From: Bacillaceae bacterium
GTDB lineage: Bacteria > Bacillota > Bacilli > JACDOE01
Direction: 5' to 3'
Assembly (NCBI GenBank): GCA_017656255.1
Contig: JACDOE010000002.1
Coordinates: 4,033-68,032, forward strand
DNA: 64,000 nucleotides
A model generated the notes under the pieces. It was not told the DNA's origin. It saw only the letters and a list, made by a program, of their open reading frames with translations, and ran no database searches. Position numbers and translations under genes: made by a program. Position 1 is the stretch's first letter, and the number at the start of each line of letters is the position of its first letter. Positions 1-9,429 of this stretch are shown in pieces.

Positions 1-9
1 ATATACGCC

Positions 10-837
10 ATGGATCGGATACAGATAGACTGGGGAAATTTCACACAGTATGTGAGTGTTATCATTGATATTTTGCTGGTTTCTTATGTTATCTATAAAT
101 TAATCATGTTGCTCAGGGGAACGCGGGCGATTCAGCTGTTGAAAGGAATCATGGTAATTGTGGTTGCCTGGCTGGCCAGTACGTTTCTGGAGCTCAGGAC
201 CCTGCAGTGGCTGATGTCCCAGGCCTTCACATACGGGGTGCTGGCGATCATTATTATTTTTCAGCCTGAACTTCGTCGTGCCCTGGAACAGCTGGGGCGG
301 GGAAGGTTTTTCTCCCGCACCGGTTCGGTGGACGAGCAGGCCGTATCCCGGCTGGTCAATGAAGTGAATAAGGCGGCGCAATATATGGCGAAACGCCGGA
401 TCGGAGGACTGATCGTCATTGAGCGGAACACAGGCCTTTCCGATTATATTGAAACGGGGACAGAGATCGAAGGAAAAGTCAGTTCGGAATTATTGATTAA
501 TATTTTTATACCTAATACCCCGCTTCATGATGGCGCCGTGATCATCCGCAAAAATATGGTGATGGCAGCCGGGTGTTATCTGCCGCTGTCCGAAAATCCG
601 ACGATTGACCGGGATCTCGGCACGCGGCATCGGGCAGCCATCGGTATGAGTGAGGTTTCCGATGCGCTATCCGTGGTGATCTCGGAAGAGACGGGAAATG
701 TCTCGATTGCGGTCAATGGGGAATTGAAACGCGGATTGAGTGAAGAAGAGGTTCGGGAGTTTTTGATGCAGGAACTACGGCCATCTGAGAAATCACAATC
801 CGGATTCTGGAACTGGAAGGTGAAGAATGATGGATAG
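10..837 (+). CDS. cdaA: Diadenylate cyclase CdaA (DisA_N/DAC domain, membrane-anchored c-di-AMP synthase)
   Basis: Three N-terminal transmembrane helices followed by a DAC domain with the motifs DGAVII and RHRAAIG. First gene of the conserved cdaA-cdaR-glmM-glmS arrangement. Confidence 0.85.
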   Translation: MDRIQIDWGNFTQYVSVIIDILLVSYVIYKLIMLLRGTRAIQLLKGIMVIVVAWLASTFLELRTLQWLMSQAFTYGVLAIIIIFQPELRRALEQLGRGRFFSRTGSVDEQAVSRLVNEVNKAAQYMAKRRIGGLIVIERNTGLSDYIETGTEIEGKVSSELLINIFIPNTPLHDGAVIIRKNMVMAAGCYLPLSENPTIDRDLGTRHRAAIGMSEVSDALSVVISEETGNVSIAVNGELKRGLSEEEVREFLMQELRPSEKSQSGFWNWKVKNDG

Positions 838-2068
838 ATGGTTAAGTCATCCCACTGTCATCAAAGTGGTAGCCGTGGTTCTGGCGGTCATGCTGTGGAT
901 GGTGGTCAACATGGATGATCCGCCGGCAGCCGAAACCGTTCCCGCTGAAAAATATACGATTCACGATGTAGAAGTCACGGCACGGGTAGATGCTGATGAA
1001 CTGGCCGTGGTGGATATGACGGATACGGTGACGGTGGAACTGCGGGGACCGCCGGCACTGCTCAACCCGGTCAGTATCCCGCCGGATTCCTACCAGGTGT
1101 ATGTGGATGCAACGGGGCTGGAAGCGGGCACATACCGACTTCCGGTGCAACATGAAGGATTCCCGTCCAATGTGTTTGTGACCACCAATCCGGCTTACAT
1201 TGAGATTACCCTTGAACGGAAAGTGCAGGCGCAAAAGCCGGTGCATATCGAAGTTATCGGAGAGCCACAGGATGGTTATGCTATCGGAGATGCGGTGATC
1301 AGTCCGCTGAAGGTGCATGTGACGGCACCAGAAAGCGTCATTGAACGTATTGCTCAGGTACGGGCGGCGGTCAACGTCCAGGATGCCGTTGAGACCATTC
1401 AGAAAACAATTCCGCTACAGGCCATCGACCGGGACGGAAACGTGATCAACGCCATGATCCAACCGGCCATCGCCGAGGTGAGAGTGCCGGTAACCAGCCC
1501 GTTCAAATCGGTTCCACTAAAAATCAATCTGGAGGGACAACCGGCTGATGGGTACAGCATCGCTTCGGTAGAGCAAAATGTGGACAACATCAAAGTCTAC
1601 GGCCCGTTAAATGTCATTGATAATTTGTCCGTCTACGAGGGACCGACGATCAATGTGGAAGGGGTCCGGATGAACCGGTTCTATCAATTGCGTATTCCGT
1701 TACAGGAAGGCGTGGAAAAAACGGAACCGGAATTTGTGGAAGTCGTCGTGCACATTGCCGAGTCTGAACAAAAAACGCTGGAAAATGTAGTGGTTCAATT
1801 AAACGGGGACAACGGAAACCGTCAGGCTGAATTCGTGGAGCCGACGGAGGGAAGCATCACCGTCACACTCACAGGGGCTCCGGAATTGCTGGCTGAACTG
1901 AGTGCCGCTGATATCCAGGCTTATGTGGACATTCAGAACCTGTCCCCCGAAGAACAGCGGGTTCCCGTTCAGTTTAATCTACCGCCGTATATCGAACTGG
2001 CGGATGATCAACCGATCTACGTGACGATTAACGTGACGGAAATTAACACAGATGGGCAAACGGAATAA
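827..2068 (+). CDS. cdaR: CdaA regulatory protein CdaR (YbbR-like repeat protein)
   Basis: N-terminal TM helix and repeated YbbR-like beta modules. The start overlaps the cdaA stop. Synteny with cdaA and glmM. Confidence 0.8.
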   Translation: MMDRWLSHPTVIKVVAVVLAVMLWMVVNMDDPPAAETVPAEKYTIHDVEVTARVDADELAVVDMTDTVTVELRGPPALLNPVSIPPDSYQVYVDATGLEAGTYRLPVQHEGFPSNVFVTTNPAYIEITLERKVQAQKPVHIEVIGEPQDGYAIGDAVISPLKVHVTAPESVIERIAQVRAAVNVQDAVETIQKTIPLQAIDRDGNVINAMIQPAIAEVRVPVTSPFKSVPLKINLEGQPADGYSIASVEQNVDNIKVYGPLNVIDNLSVYEGPTINVEGVRMNRFYQLRIPLQEGVEKTEPEFVEVVVHIAESEQKTLENVVVQLNGDNGNRQAEFVEPTEGSITVTLTGAPELLAELSAADIQAYVDIQNLSPEEQRVPVQFNLPPYIELADDQPIYVTINVTEINTDGQTE

Positions 2069-2114
2069 AAAGTGCGACATATAGATAAAATGGACCATTT
2101 TGGGAGGAGAGAAA

Positions 2115-3458
2115 ATGGGGAAATATTTTGGAACTGACGGCGTAAGAGGTGTAGCCAACCGGGAACTTACCCCCGAGCTGGCGTTTCAGATCGGACGCAT
2201 CGGCGGGTATGTGTTGACCCGTCACAAAGAAGAAAAACCGAAAGTGGTCATCGGCCGTGATACCCGGATTTCCGGACATATGCTGGAGGCGGCCCTGGTT
2301 GCCGGCCTGCTTTCCATCGGTGCGGAGGTGGTCCGGCTCGGTGTGATCACCACACCGGGGGTCGCCTATCTGACCCGCAAGTTATCGGCGGATGCGGGGG
2401 TGATGATTTCGGCATCGCATAATCCGGTGGAAGACAACGGGATCAAATTTTTCGGATCCGACGGATTTAAACTTTCCGATGAAAAAGAGGCGGAAATTGA
2501 AGCTTTACTGGACCGCAATCAGGATGAACTCCCGCGCCCGATCGGTCAAGAAGTGGGTACCGTGATGGATTACCTGGAGGGCGGACAAAAATACATTGCG
2601 TTTCTGAAATCGACGGTTCGCCATGAATTTGACGGCTTGAAAGTCGTGCTTGATTGTGCCTACGGGGCTGCTTCCTCCCTGGCGCCCCAGTTGTTCGGTG
2701 ATCTGGAAGCGGATGTGATCACCATCTGTTCCAACCCGGACGGGTTGAACATTAATGAGGGCTGCGGTTCGACGCATCCGGAACGGGTGCGGGAAGAGGT
2801 GTTAAAACAGGAAGCCGATCTCGGACTCTCCTTTGACGGAGATGCGGACCGGCTGATCGCCGTCGATCATCAAGGAAACATTATCGACGGGGACTATATC
2901 ATGGCTATTTGTGCCAATCATATGAAAAAGCGGGACCGCCTGAAGCACAACACGGTGGTGACCACGGTGATGAGTAACGTGGGATTCCATAAGGCGATGG
3001 AGGAACAGGGCATCTCAACCTGCCAGACCGCCGTGGGGGACCGTTACGTGATGGAGGAGATGCGAAAAGGCGGTTATAATCTGGGCGGTGAGCAATCCGG
3101 ACACATTATTTTTATGGATTATAACACCACGGGCGACGGCCTGCTGACGGCCATTCAGCTGCTCGATGTCATGGTCGACGAGGATAAATCGCTGCACGAG
3201 TTGAGCCAGATCATGGCAAAATATCCGCAGATCCTGGTGAACGTCGAGGTGGCGAATAAAACGCAGTTAACCGGAAACCGGGTGATAACCGAGGCGGTCA
3301 ACCAGGTGGAAGAAAAAATGAACGGCAATGGCCGGGTACTGGTACGTCCTTCGGGAACGGAGCCGATTGTACGGGTGATGGTGGAAGGACCGGATCGCGA
3401 TGAACTGGAAATGTACGCCAACCAGCTGGCCGACGTCGTGAAAAAAGAGCTGGGATAA
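2115..3458 (+). CDS. glmM: Phosphoglucosamine mutase GlmM
   Basis: GTDGVRG start motif and the active-site Ser loop SASHNP, both typical of GlmM. RBS GGAGGAG lies 6-7 nt upstream of the ATG at 2115; the ORF track extends the frame to 2100. Confidence 0.9.
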   Translation: MGKYFGTDGVRGVANRELTPELAFQIGRIGGYVLTRHKEEKPKVVIGRDTRISGHMLEAALVAGLLSIGAEVVRLGVITTPGVAYLTRKLSADAGVMISASHNPVEDNGIKFFGSDGFKLSDEKEAEIEALLDRNQDELPRPIGQEVGTVMDYLEGGQKYIAFLKSTVRHEFDGLKVVLDCAYGAASSLAPQLFGDLEADVITICSNPDGLNINEGCGSTHPERVREEVLKQEADLGLSFDGDADRLIAVDHQGNIIDGDYIMAICANHMKKRDRLKHNTVVTTVMSNVGFHKAMEEQGISTCQTAVGDRYVMEEMRKGGYNLGGEQSGHIIFMDYNTTGDGLLTAIQLLDVMVDEDKSLHELSQIMAKYPQILVNVEVANKTQLTGNRVITEAVNQVEEKMNGNGRVLVRPSGTEPIVRVMVEGPDRDELEMYANQLADVVKKELG

Positions 3459-3492
3459 AGGCTGTTGCGGCAAGTGGGAAGCGATACGGAAA

Positions 3493-3521
3493 CTGCTGAT
3501 CTCAAGTCAGCAGTTTTTTTG
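3493..3521 (+). terminator. Rho-independent terminator after glmM
   Basis: Hairpin CTGCTGA...TCAGCAG followed by a T7 run. Confidence 0.7.
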
Positions 3522-3689
3522 TATAGATGGGGAACTGTCCGTTGTGTTATTGCATATTCTGAAGTGAGCCGGGGGTCAAAAAGTCATTGTCGCCGGCGAA
3601 AACTTATGATAGATTATAGGCTAAGAACAGGAGGTGGAACTTTTTAGCCTTTTAGTCAATCGATAGAAAGGAGGATCGTTAAACATACG

Positions 3690-3870
3690 TTTAAAGCGCC
3701 AGGACTAAGGACGAAATATCGGGATCGTTCTTAGTTGACGAGGAGGAGGTTTCATCGAGTTTCGGCGGGTGCCTCCCGGCACGTTGTCGGTGCCGCAAGC
3801 CGGTTTACAAAACAGCGGGGTGACCTGCTGGACAAAAGGGCCGGTACAGACAATGACCGATTTTTGACGA
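3690..3870 (+). ncRNA. glmS ribozyme: glmS ribozyme (GlcN6P-responsive self-cleaving leader of glmS)
   Basis: Core strings AGCGCCAGGACU and UUGACGAGGAGGAGGUUUCAUCGAGUUUCGGCGGGUGCCUCCCGGC match the B. subtilis glmS ribozyme core (AGCGCCAGAACU ... UUGACGAGGAGGAGGUUUAUCGAAUUUUCGGCGGAUGCCUCCCGGC). It sits immediately upstream of glmS. Confidence 0.85.
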
Positions 3871-3984
3871 AAAAATAAATGGAATGGACAGATAAACAAT
3901 GGAATGACGGGGGTACATGGCCCCTGTCAATGCTTAAGGGTCAGCCCCCGTCTCCCGTATATAGAGAAAGGGGAAATGACATCA

Positions 3985-5811
3985 ATGTGTGGCATAGTAG
4001 GCTATATTGGAGATAAACAGGCACAGGATGTGCTGATTAACGGACTGAAGAAACTGGAATACCGGGGATACGATTCTGCTGGTTTAGCGGTATATAACGG
4101 TTCGGTGAAAGTGAATAAAGCAAAGGGACGGATTGATCAGCTGGAGACGTTGCTCAGTGAGTCCCCGCTGGAAGGGACGATGGGGATCGGACATACACGC
4201 TGGGCAACGCACGGCCAGCCTTCTGATGAAAACTCGCATCCGCATCTGGATCAGTCAGGCAAATTCGCGGTCGTGCACAACGGGATTATTGAAAATTACC
4301 TGGAGATCAAGGAGGAGCTGATGGCCAAAGGGTATCAGTTTTCCTCCGAGACGGATTCGGAAGTGATCTCCCATCTGCTGGCCGACCTGTATAACGGCAA
4401 TCTGGTGGCGACGGTTCAGGAAGCGGTGAAAAAGATCAAGGGGGCCTATGCCCTGGCGATTATCAGTGAGTATGATCCCGGCAAAATTGTCACGGTCCGT
4501 TTCGACAGTCCGCTCGTGATTGGTGTGGGAGAGGGAGAAAACTTTGTCGGTTCGGATATTCCCGCCATTCTGGAGCATACCCGTAATGTCTATATTCTTG
4601 AAAATAACGAGATGGCGGTTCTTACCCGGGACAGCGTGGAGATTATGACGGTGGACGGTTCGATCGTCGCCAAGGATGTTTTCCGGGTGGAATGGGATAT
4701 GGTCCAGGCGGAAAAGGGAGGCTATGAGCACTTCCTGATCAAGGAGATTCATGAACAGCCCCGGGCTTTCCGCGATACGCTGGCCAGCCGGATCAGTGAG
4801 GACGGCCGGCGTGTAGTGCTGAAGGAACTGGAGCAGGGCCGCGATCTGTTAAAAGAGGCGGATAAAATATTTATCGTGGCCTGCGGCACGTCCTACCATG
4901 CGGGGATTGTCGCCAAGTATGCGATGGAACAGCTGGCACGGGTTCCGGTGGAAGTGGATGTGGCGTCGGAGTTCCGTTATCGGAACCCGATCATCACGGA
5001 TCGCACGCTGGTTATCGTGATCAGCCAGTCCGGTGAAACGGCGGATACGCTGGCGGCTCTCAGGGAAAGCAAAAAGCAGGGTGCGCGAGTGCTGGCGATT
5101 ACGAATGTGGTGGGCAGTTCGGTGGCCCGCGAGGCAGACGATGTGATCTATACATGGGCCGGGCCGGAAGTGTCGGTGGCTTCGACGAAGGCTTATACGT
5201 CCCAGCTGGTGGCGTTGTATTTGACGGCGCTTTATACAGCGCAGGTACGGGAAACGCACAGCGAGGATGAGATTGCAGACTTGATCAGCGGTCTGCAGCA
5301 GCTTCCGGAACAGGCGGAAGCGATCCTGGAACAGAAGGGCCAGATCAAGGCGTATGCGGAGAAGATTTCGAGTCATCCCAGTCTGTTCTTCATCGGGCGA
5401 GGCATAGATTATGCGGTGTGTATGGAAGGGTCGCTGAAGCTGAAGGAGATTTCGTATATTCATTCGGAAGCGTATCCGGCAGGTGAGTTGAAGCACGGTA
5501 CGCTGGCACTGATTGAAGAGGGTGTGCCGGTGGTGGCGATTGCAACGCAGCCGGAGATTTATGAGAAGACGATCAGTAATATTGTTGAGGTAAAAACGCG
5601 CGGTGCCCATGTCCTGGGTGTCGGGACGGAAGGGGACCGCGAGCTGGAGAAGTCGGTGGATGAGACGGTGTTTGTGCCGAAGACGCATCCGCTACTGGCG
5701 CCGGCTTTGTCCGTCATTCCATTGCAGTTGTTGGCTTATTACGCATCTGTTGCCAGGGGTAATGATGTGGATAAGCCGAGGAATCTGGCTAAGAGTGTTA
5801 CGGTGGAGTAG
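3985..5811 (+). CDS. glmS: Glutamine--fructose-6-phosphate aminotransferase GlmS
   Basis: Starts MCGIVGY, with Cys2 as the N-terminal nucleophile, followed by SIS domains. The ORF track's extension from 3904 runs through the ribozyme and is spurious. RBS AGAAAGGGG lies upstream of the ATG at 3985. Confidence 0.9.
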   Translation: MCGIVGYIGDKQAQDVLINGLKKLEYRGYDSAGLAVYNGSVKVNKAKGRIDQLETLLSESPLEGTMGIGHTRWATHGQPSDENSHPHLDQSGKFAVVHNGIIENYLEIKEELMAKGYQFSSETDSEVISHLLADLYNGNLVATVQEAVKKIKGAYALAIISEYDPGKIVTVRFDSPLVIGVGEGENFVGSDIPAILEHTRNVYILENNEMAVLTRDSVEIMTVDGSIVAKDVFRVEWDMVQAEKGGYEHFLIKEIHEQPRAFRDTLASRISEDGRRVVLKELEQGRDLLKEADKIFIVACGTSYHAGIVAKYAMEQLARVPVEVDVASEFRYRNPIITDRTLVIVISQSGETADTLAALRESKKQGARVLAITNVVGSSVAREADDVIYTWAGPEVSVASTKAYTSQLVALYLTALYTAQVRETHSEDEIADLISGLQQLPEQAEAILEQKGQIKAYAEKISSHPSLFFIGRGIDYAVCMEGSLKLKEISYIHSEAYPAGELKHGTLALIEEGVPVVAIATQPEIYEKTISNIVEVKTRGAHVLGVGTEGDRELEKSVDETVFVPKTHPLLAPALSVIPLQLLAYYASVARGNDVDKPRNLAKSVTVE

Positions 5812-5820
5812 GAAGGAACG

Positions 5821-5868
5821 AATCGAGAAGCGTACTTTAGATAGTACGCATTCTCGATTTTTTTTTGA
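5821..5868 (+). terminator. Rho-independent terminator after glmS
   Basis: 16-bp stem AATCGAGAAGCGTACT / AGTACGCATTCTCGATT followed by a T9 run. Confidence 0.8.
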
Positions 5869-6021
5869 GCAAAAAAATATGTAAACGATATAACCACGTT
5901 TGATAATCAGGGTTAATTTTAATTTGTATAAAATCAGATAAAAAGGAAAATAAGGGAATTATTTTTCGGTGAAAAAATTTAAAGCATATAAGGGTAAATT
6001 GTTAATACCTAATTTTACGGC

Positions 6022-6085
6022 ACTCAACTTCGATTACTTCATCATCTAGCCGGGGAAATTTCATTTTTACACATAATTTTGGACT
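6022..6085 (+). mobile_element. Solo IS256-family right-end remnant (about 65 bp, including the terminal inverted repeat)
   Basis: TTCATTTTTACACATAATTTTGGACT is identical to the right end of the intact IS at 16814..16840. Weaker upstream similarity (ACTCAACTTCGA...ACTTCATC) matches the last codons of the transposase gene. Confidence 0.6.
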
Positions 6086-6426
6086 CGACCGGAGGGGCTT
6101 TTCACCCTGAAGACAACCCTGGAATTCCATCCGATATATCACCGTCTCGAAGCCCGGATCCGTTCCCAAATTTTGCTGAGTTTGTTAGTATCATTACTTC
6201 TGGTAAGCATGGTCGAAGTGAAACGGGTGGGACCTGGAATAAGTTGAGTCACCTCCACGGTTCCTAGAAATCCATCCGGAAGCATAGACACGCCCACACG
6301 CCCTATTTCTATCTGAATACCTGTAAACCCAAGTATGACATGGATTTACAGGAATTTTATTTGCGTAGACGAACTCAGGTCTTTTTGGGGTTCTTTAAGG
6401 CTATCATCATAAACTTGAAAGAATAT

Positions 6427-9414
6427 TTATATGTTTTCCTTCAACTTTTCATAGCTTTCGGCTACTTTGTACTCGACATTTGTTTTTAGAGCTTCAAAAT
6501 GTTTGCGACCACACCTAATTTTTCCTACCTCTTTTAATCGTAGATCTTCTTGTTCTGTACTTCCTTTTGTTTCAACAACAAAGTATAACTTCTCTACACC
6601 TTGTATATCCATCAATATTGCCCAGTCAGGGTTGTAGTTTCCAAGTGGAGTATCAATGATAAATGAAGGCGGAAGTTTTACAAACAATTTGACGTCATCA
6701 TCGTTATTCAATTTTTCTGCAAAAGCTCGTTCCGTATTAGAATCATAACGAATGTAGTCATATACAGATTTATTTTTTGAAACTCCTATAGCATTTGCTT
6801 TCATGTAACCAATAAGCTCTTCATGTTCGAATAAGGACTGTTGGTAAAATTCATGGTCACCAATGCGCTCATATTTGATGCCATCGACAATGAGTTTTTT
6901 CTTCTCACGATTAATTATCTTCATAACTGCTTCCATAAATGCCTGTGGATTTTTCTCAAACTCATTTAAACGTTTAGAGCCGATTAAAATCTCAACCAAT
7001 GTACGACGCTTTAAATGGGTTTGTTCTTGAAGGTAACGTAAGATGTCTGGGAGGCGACGGTTCTCTTCCAATGCTTCGTAAACTCTAATCGTTTGACCTT
7101 CACCAGATACCCCAGATTGTTCTACTTTTAACAAAGCATTTTCTCTTTTAATCTTTCGTGCTTTGAAAGGCTCTAGTTTCTTTATTTCTTCAATACAACG
7201 TTTTTTAAGGGTTTCAACGTTAAGATCTACGGAATAGGTCGTTTTGTATTTGATTTGATTCCATAATTGTTTGAAATCATCCCCTAATAAAACTTCTTTA
7301 TTCAGTTTAATGGTAACCTCATCTTTTTTGTTAAAAACAGGTAACTTTTTGATAGAACGTCTAATCACGTGTTCAATATCGCCTTTTATTTCTTCAAATT
7401 CGGCCGGCACTGCAAATGTCTCTTTGACTAATGCTTCCTTAAGCGTGTCCTTTACTTTTCCTTGCTTCGTTATATAATTTTCTTTTAATAAGAATGAGAA
7501 AATTTTGGCTGATTTATCGTATCCAATTTCACTTTCTTGGCCTGTTTCTTCATCAACCATTGTAATCGTCGAAAAAGCATGCTCTTCAAGGTAACCGAAT
7601 TTAACGCCTGTTTCTTCTTCCATTTCTTTCTGTAGCGTCTCCGCAAACTCGTGATACGATTCGTTTGCGATTACGGTTAAGATATTTACGTCTTCATCAT
7701 ATTGGCGTTTACCTTCTTGGTTGACGGCAAGACGTAATCCACGTCCGATTTTTTGTCTTTTCGTAAATGTATCCTTTGTTTCAACAAGCGTACATATTTG
7801 AAAGACATTTGGGTTGTCCCATCCTTCTTTTAAAGCCGAGTGGGAGAAAATAAATCGTAAAGATGTATCAAAGCTTAATAGTTTTTCTTTCTCTTTCATA
7901 ATCAACTCAAATGTTGATTCATCGTCTTTATTCGAACGTAACGATCCATCTTTATTCATTCGGCTATCTTTAAATTGACCTTTCTTATCTTGAGAAAAAT
8001 ACCCGTTATGCACTTCTTCTGCATTACGGTTTACTATATATTTATCTTCTTTCCAAAGTGATTGGTACTTCGGTAAATTAATTAACTTTTCATATTCTTC
8101 TTCGAACATTTTGGCATATTTTCCTTTTTGCCAAGGTTGGCCTTTTGGGTAAATGCGGTAGTTTTCAACTTTGTCTATAAAGAAGAGCGTTAAAACTTTG
8201 ATCCCTTTATGAACGAGACGGAGCTCTTTATCTAAATGTGTACGAATCGCTTCACGAATTTGATACCTTTTTAGTAAATCGTCATCCATTCCGCCTATTA
8301 CTTCACCTAGTCGCAATACTTTACCGTTTGTAAACTCTACCGATTCATTTCCTGGATAACAATCAATTCCCTCTACCACATATCCTTTATACAGGTCCCG
8401 TTCACCGGATAAAAGGTATAAATCATTTTTTGTGTTTGGATTAATTTCCTTTTTCACACGTTTAACGGTACCGTTTTTCTTTTTCTCGTCTATTTCAATC
8501 GTAGCTTTGTAGCCATTTTTATTCGAAACACTAATGAGTTTAATGTATGGATCATTAAAATCATCATCCGAGTTTACCGATAATACCTCAATTTTTTTAA
8601 CTAACTTTTTTTCATACGCATCGACAGGGTCAAGCTTGTACATCAAATTGTATGTTTCCCGATGTGTAGCCGAATAACGTAATTTACACAATGGGTTTAA
8701 GGATGCAATTGCTTCTTTAGCTTTTTCCGTATTATCGACACTTTGTGGTTCATCGATAATGACAATTGGATTCGTTTCTTGGATGAACTGTATTGGACGT
8801 TTTCCGTTCATGGAATCACGTTCACGGTGAATTAAGTTTGCTTTATTTTCTTTTTCTGGATCATCGAAGCTCTTTTTAAATGCATCGATATTAATAATCA
8901 TCACTTCAATATTCGTACTTGTCGCAAAATCACGAACTTGTTCTAAGTCAGAAGAGTCATATTTAAAATAATGGCAATGTTGTCCTGGATACAGTTCAGA
9001 AAAGTGCTCTTCCGTCATTTGAAGGGATTTATAGACTCCTTCACGAATTGCAACACTTGGAACAACAATGATAAATTTTGAAAAACCGTACAGCTTATTC
9101 AATTCAAATATCGTTCTCGTATAAACATAGGTTTTACCGGTGCCTGTTTCCATTTCAACCGTAAAATTGCGATCTTGAATATCGGTACTTTTTTTCAAAT
9201 GATTGCGAATTTGGATCCTTTGGACGTTTTCAAGTAATTCAGCATCTGATATCTCCAACTTGTTTCCGATTCCTAGTTCGGTAAATTCTTGCCCCACAAT
9301 ATTGCCCATACTGACCGTGAAATTCGATACTTTTACAGGCTGCCCTTCAAAGATATCCGTAATGGATTTAATGGCGTCGAGCTGATATTGTTGTTCATCA
9401 AACTTAATCTTCAT
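6427..9414 (-). CDS. res: Type III restriction endonuclease Res subunit (SF2 helicase plus C-terminal PD-(D/E)xK nuclease)
   Basis: 995 aa. Helicase motif I TGTGKTYV and motif II IIDEPQ. C-terminal NPDW...VVETKG endonuclease motif. Lies immediately downstream of mod. Confidence 0.8.
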   Translation of the reverse strand: MKIKFDEQQYQLDAIKSITDIFEGQPVKVSNFTVSMGNIVGQEFTELGIGNKLEISDAELLENVQRIQIRNHLKKSTDIQDRNFTVEMETGTGKTYVYTRTIFELNKLYGFSKFIIVVPSVAIREGVYKSLQMTEEHFSELYPGQHCHYFKYDSSDLEQVRDFATSTNIEVMIINIDAFKKSFDDPEKENKANLIHRERDSMNGKRPIQFIQETNPIVIIDEPQSVDNTEKAKEAIASLNPLCKLRYSATHRETYNLMYKLDPVDAYEKKLVKKIEVLSVNSDDDFNDPYIKLISVSNKNGYKATIEIDEKKKNGTVKRVKKEINPNTKNDLYLLSGERDLYKGYVVEGIDCYPGNESVEFTNGKVLRLGEVIGGMDDDLLKRYQIREAIRTHLDKELRLVHKGIKVLTLFFIDKVENYRIYPKGQPWQKGKYAKMFEEEYEKLINLPKYQSLWKEDKYIVNRNAEEVHNGYFSQDKKGQFKDSRMNKDGSLRSNKDDESTFELIMKEKEKLLSFDTSLRFIFSHSALKEGWDNPNVFQICTLVETKDTFTKRQKIGRGLRLAVNQEGKRQYDEDVNILTVIANESYHEFAETLQKEMEEETGVKFGYLEEHAFSTITMVDEETGQESEIGYDKSAKIFSFLLKENYITKQGKVKDTLKEALVKETFAVPAEFEEIKGDIEHVIRRSIKKLPVFNKKDEVTIKLNKEVLLGDDFKQLWNQIKYKTTYSVDLNVETLKKRCIEEIKKLEPFKARKIKRENALLKVEQSGVSGEGQTIRVYEALEENRRLPDILRYLQEQTHLKRRTLVEILIGSKRLNEFEKNPQAFMEAVMKIINREKKKLIVDGIKYERIGDHEFYQQSLFEHEELIGYMKANAIGVSKNKSVYDYIRYDSNTERAFAEKLNNDDDVKLFVKLPPSFIIDTPLGNYNPDWAILMDIQGVEKLYFVVETKGSTEQEDLRLKEVGKIRCGRKHFEALKTNVEYKVAESYEKLKENI

Positions 9415-9429
9415 GACTCCATCTCCTCC

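Noticed and set aside
3904-3984. ORF-track N-terminal extension of glmS (MTGVHGPCQCLRVSPRLPYIEKGEMTS...)
   Set aside because: It runs through the glmS ribozyme. The true start is the ATG giving MCGIVGY (3985), where Cys2 is the obligatory N-terminal nucleophile.
4849-5688. 279-aa ORF antisense to glmS, and a 165-aa ORF at 4255..4752
   Set aside because: They lie wholly inside and opposite a well-supported conserved gene. Arg/His-rich low-complexity translations are typical of antisense frames in GC-rich DNA.
5811-5900. Tn7-like insertion at attTn7 downstream of glmS
   Set aside because: The island starts right after the glmS terminator, but no tnsABCDE-like genes, Tn7 end repeats or integrase are present. 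The only transposase is IS256-family.
6079-6267. 62-aa ORF (MDSTGGAFHPEDNPG...) between the IS remnant and res
   Set aside because: No RBS, Pro/Ser-rich low-complexity product, located in an intergenic spacer. Likely non-coding.
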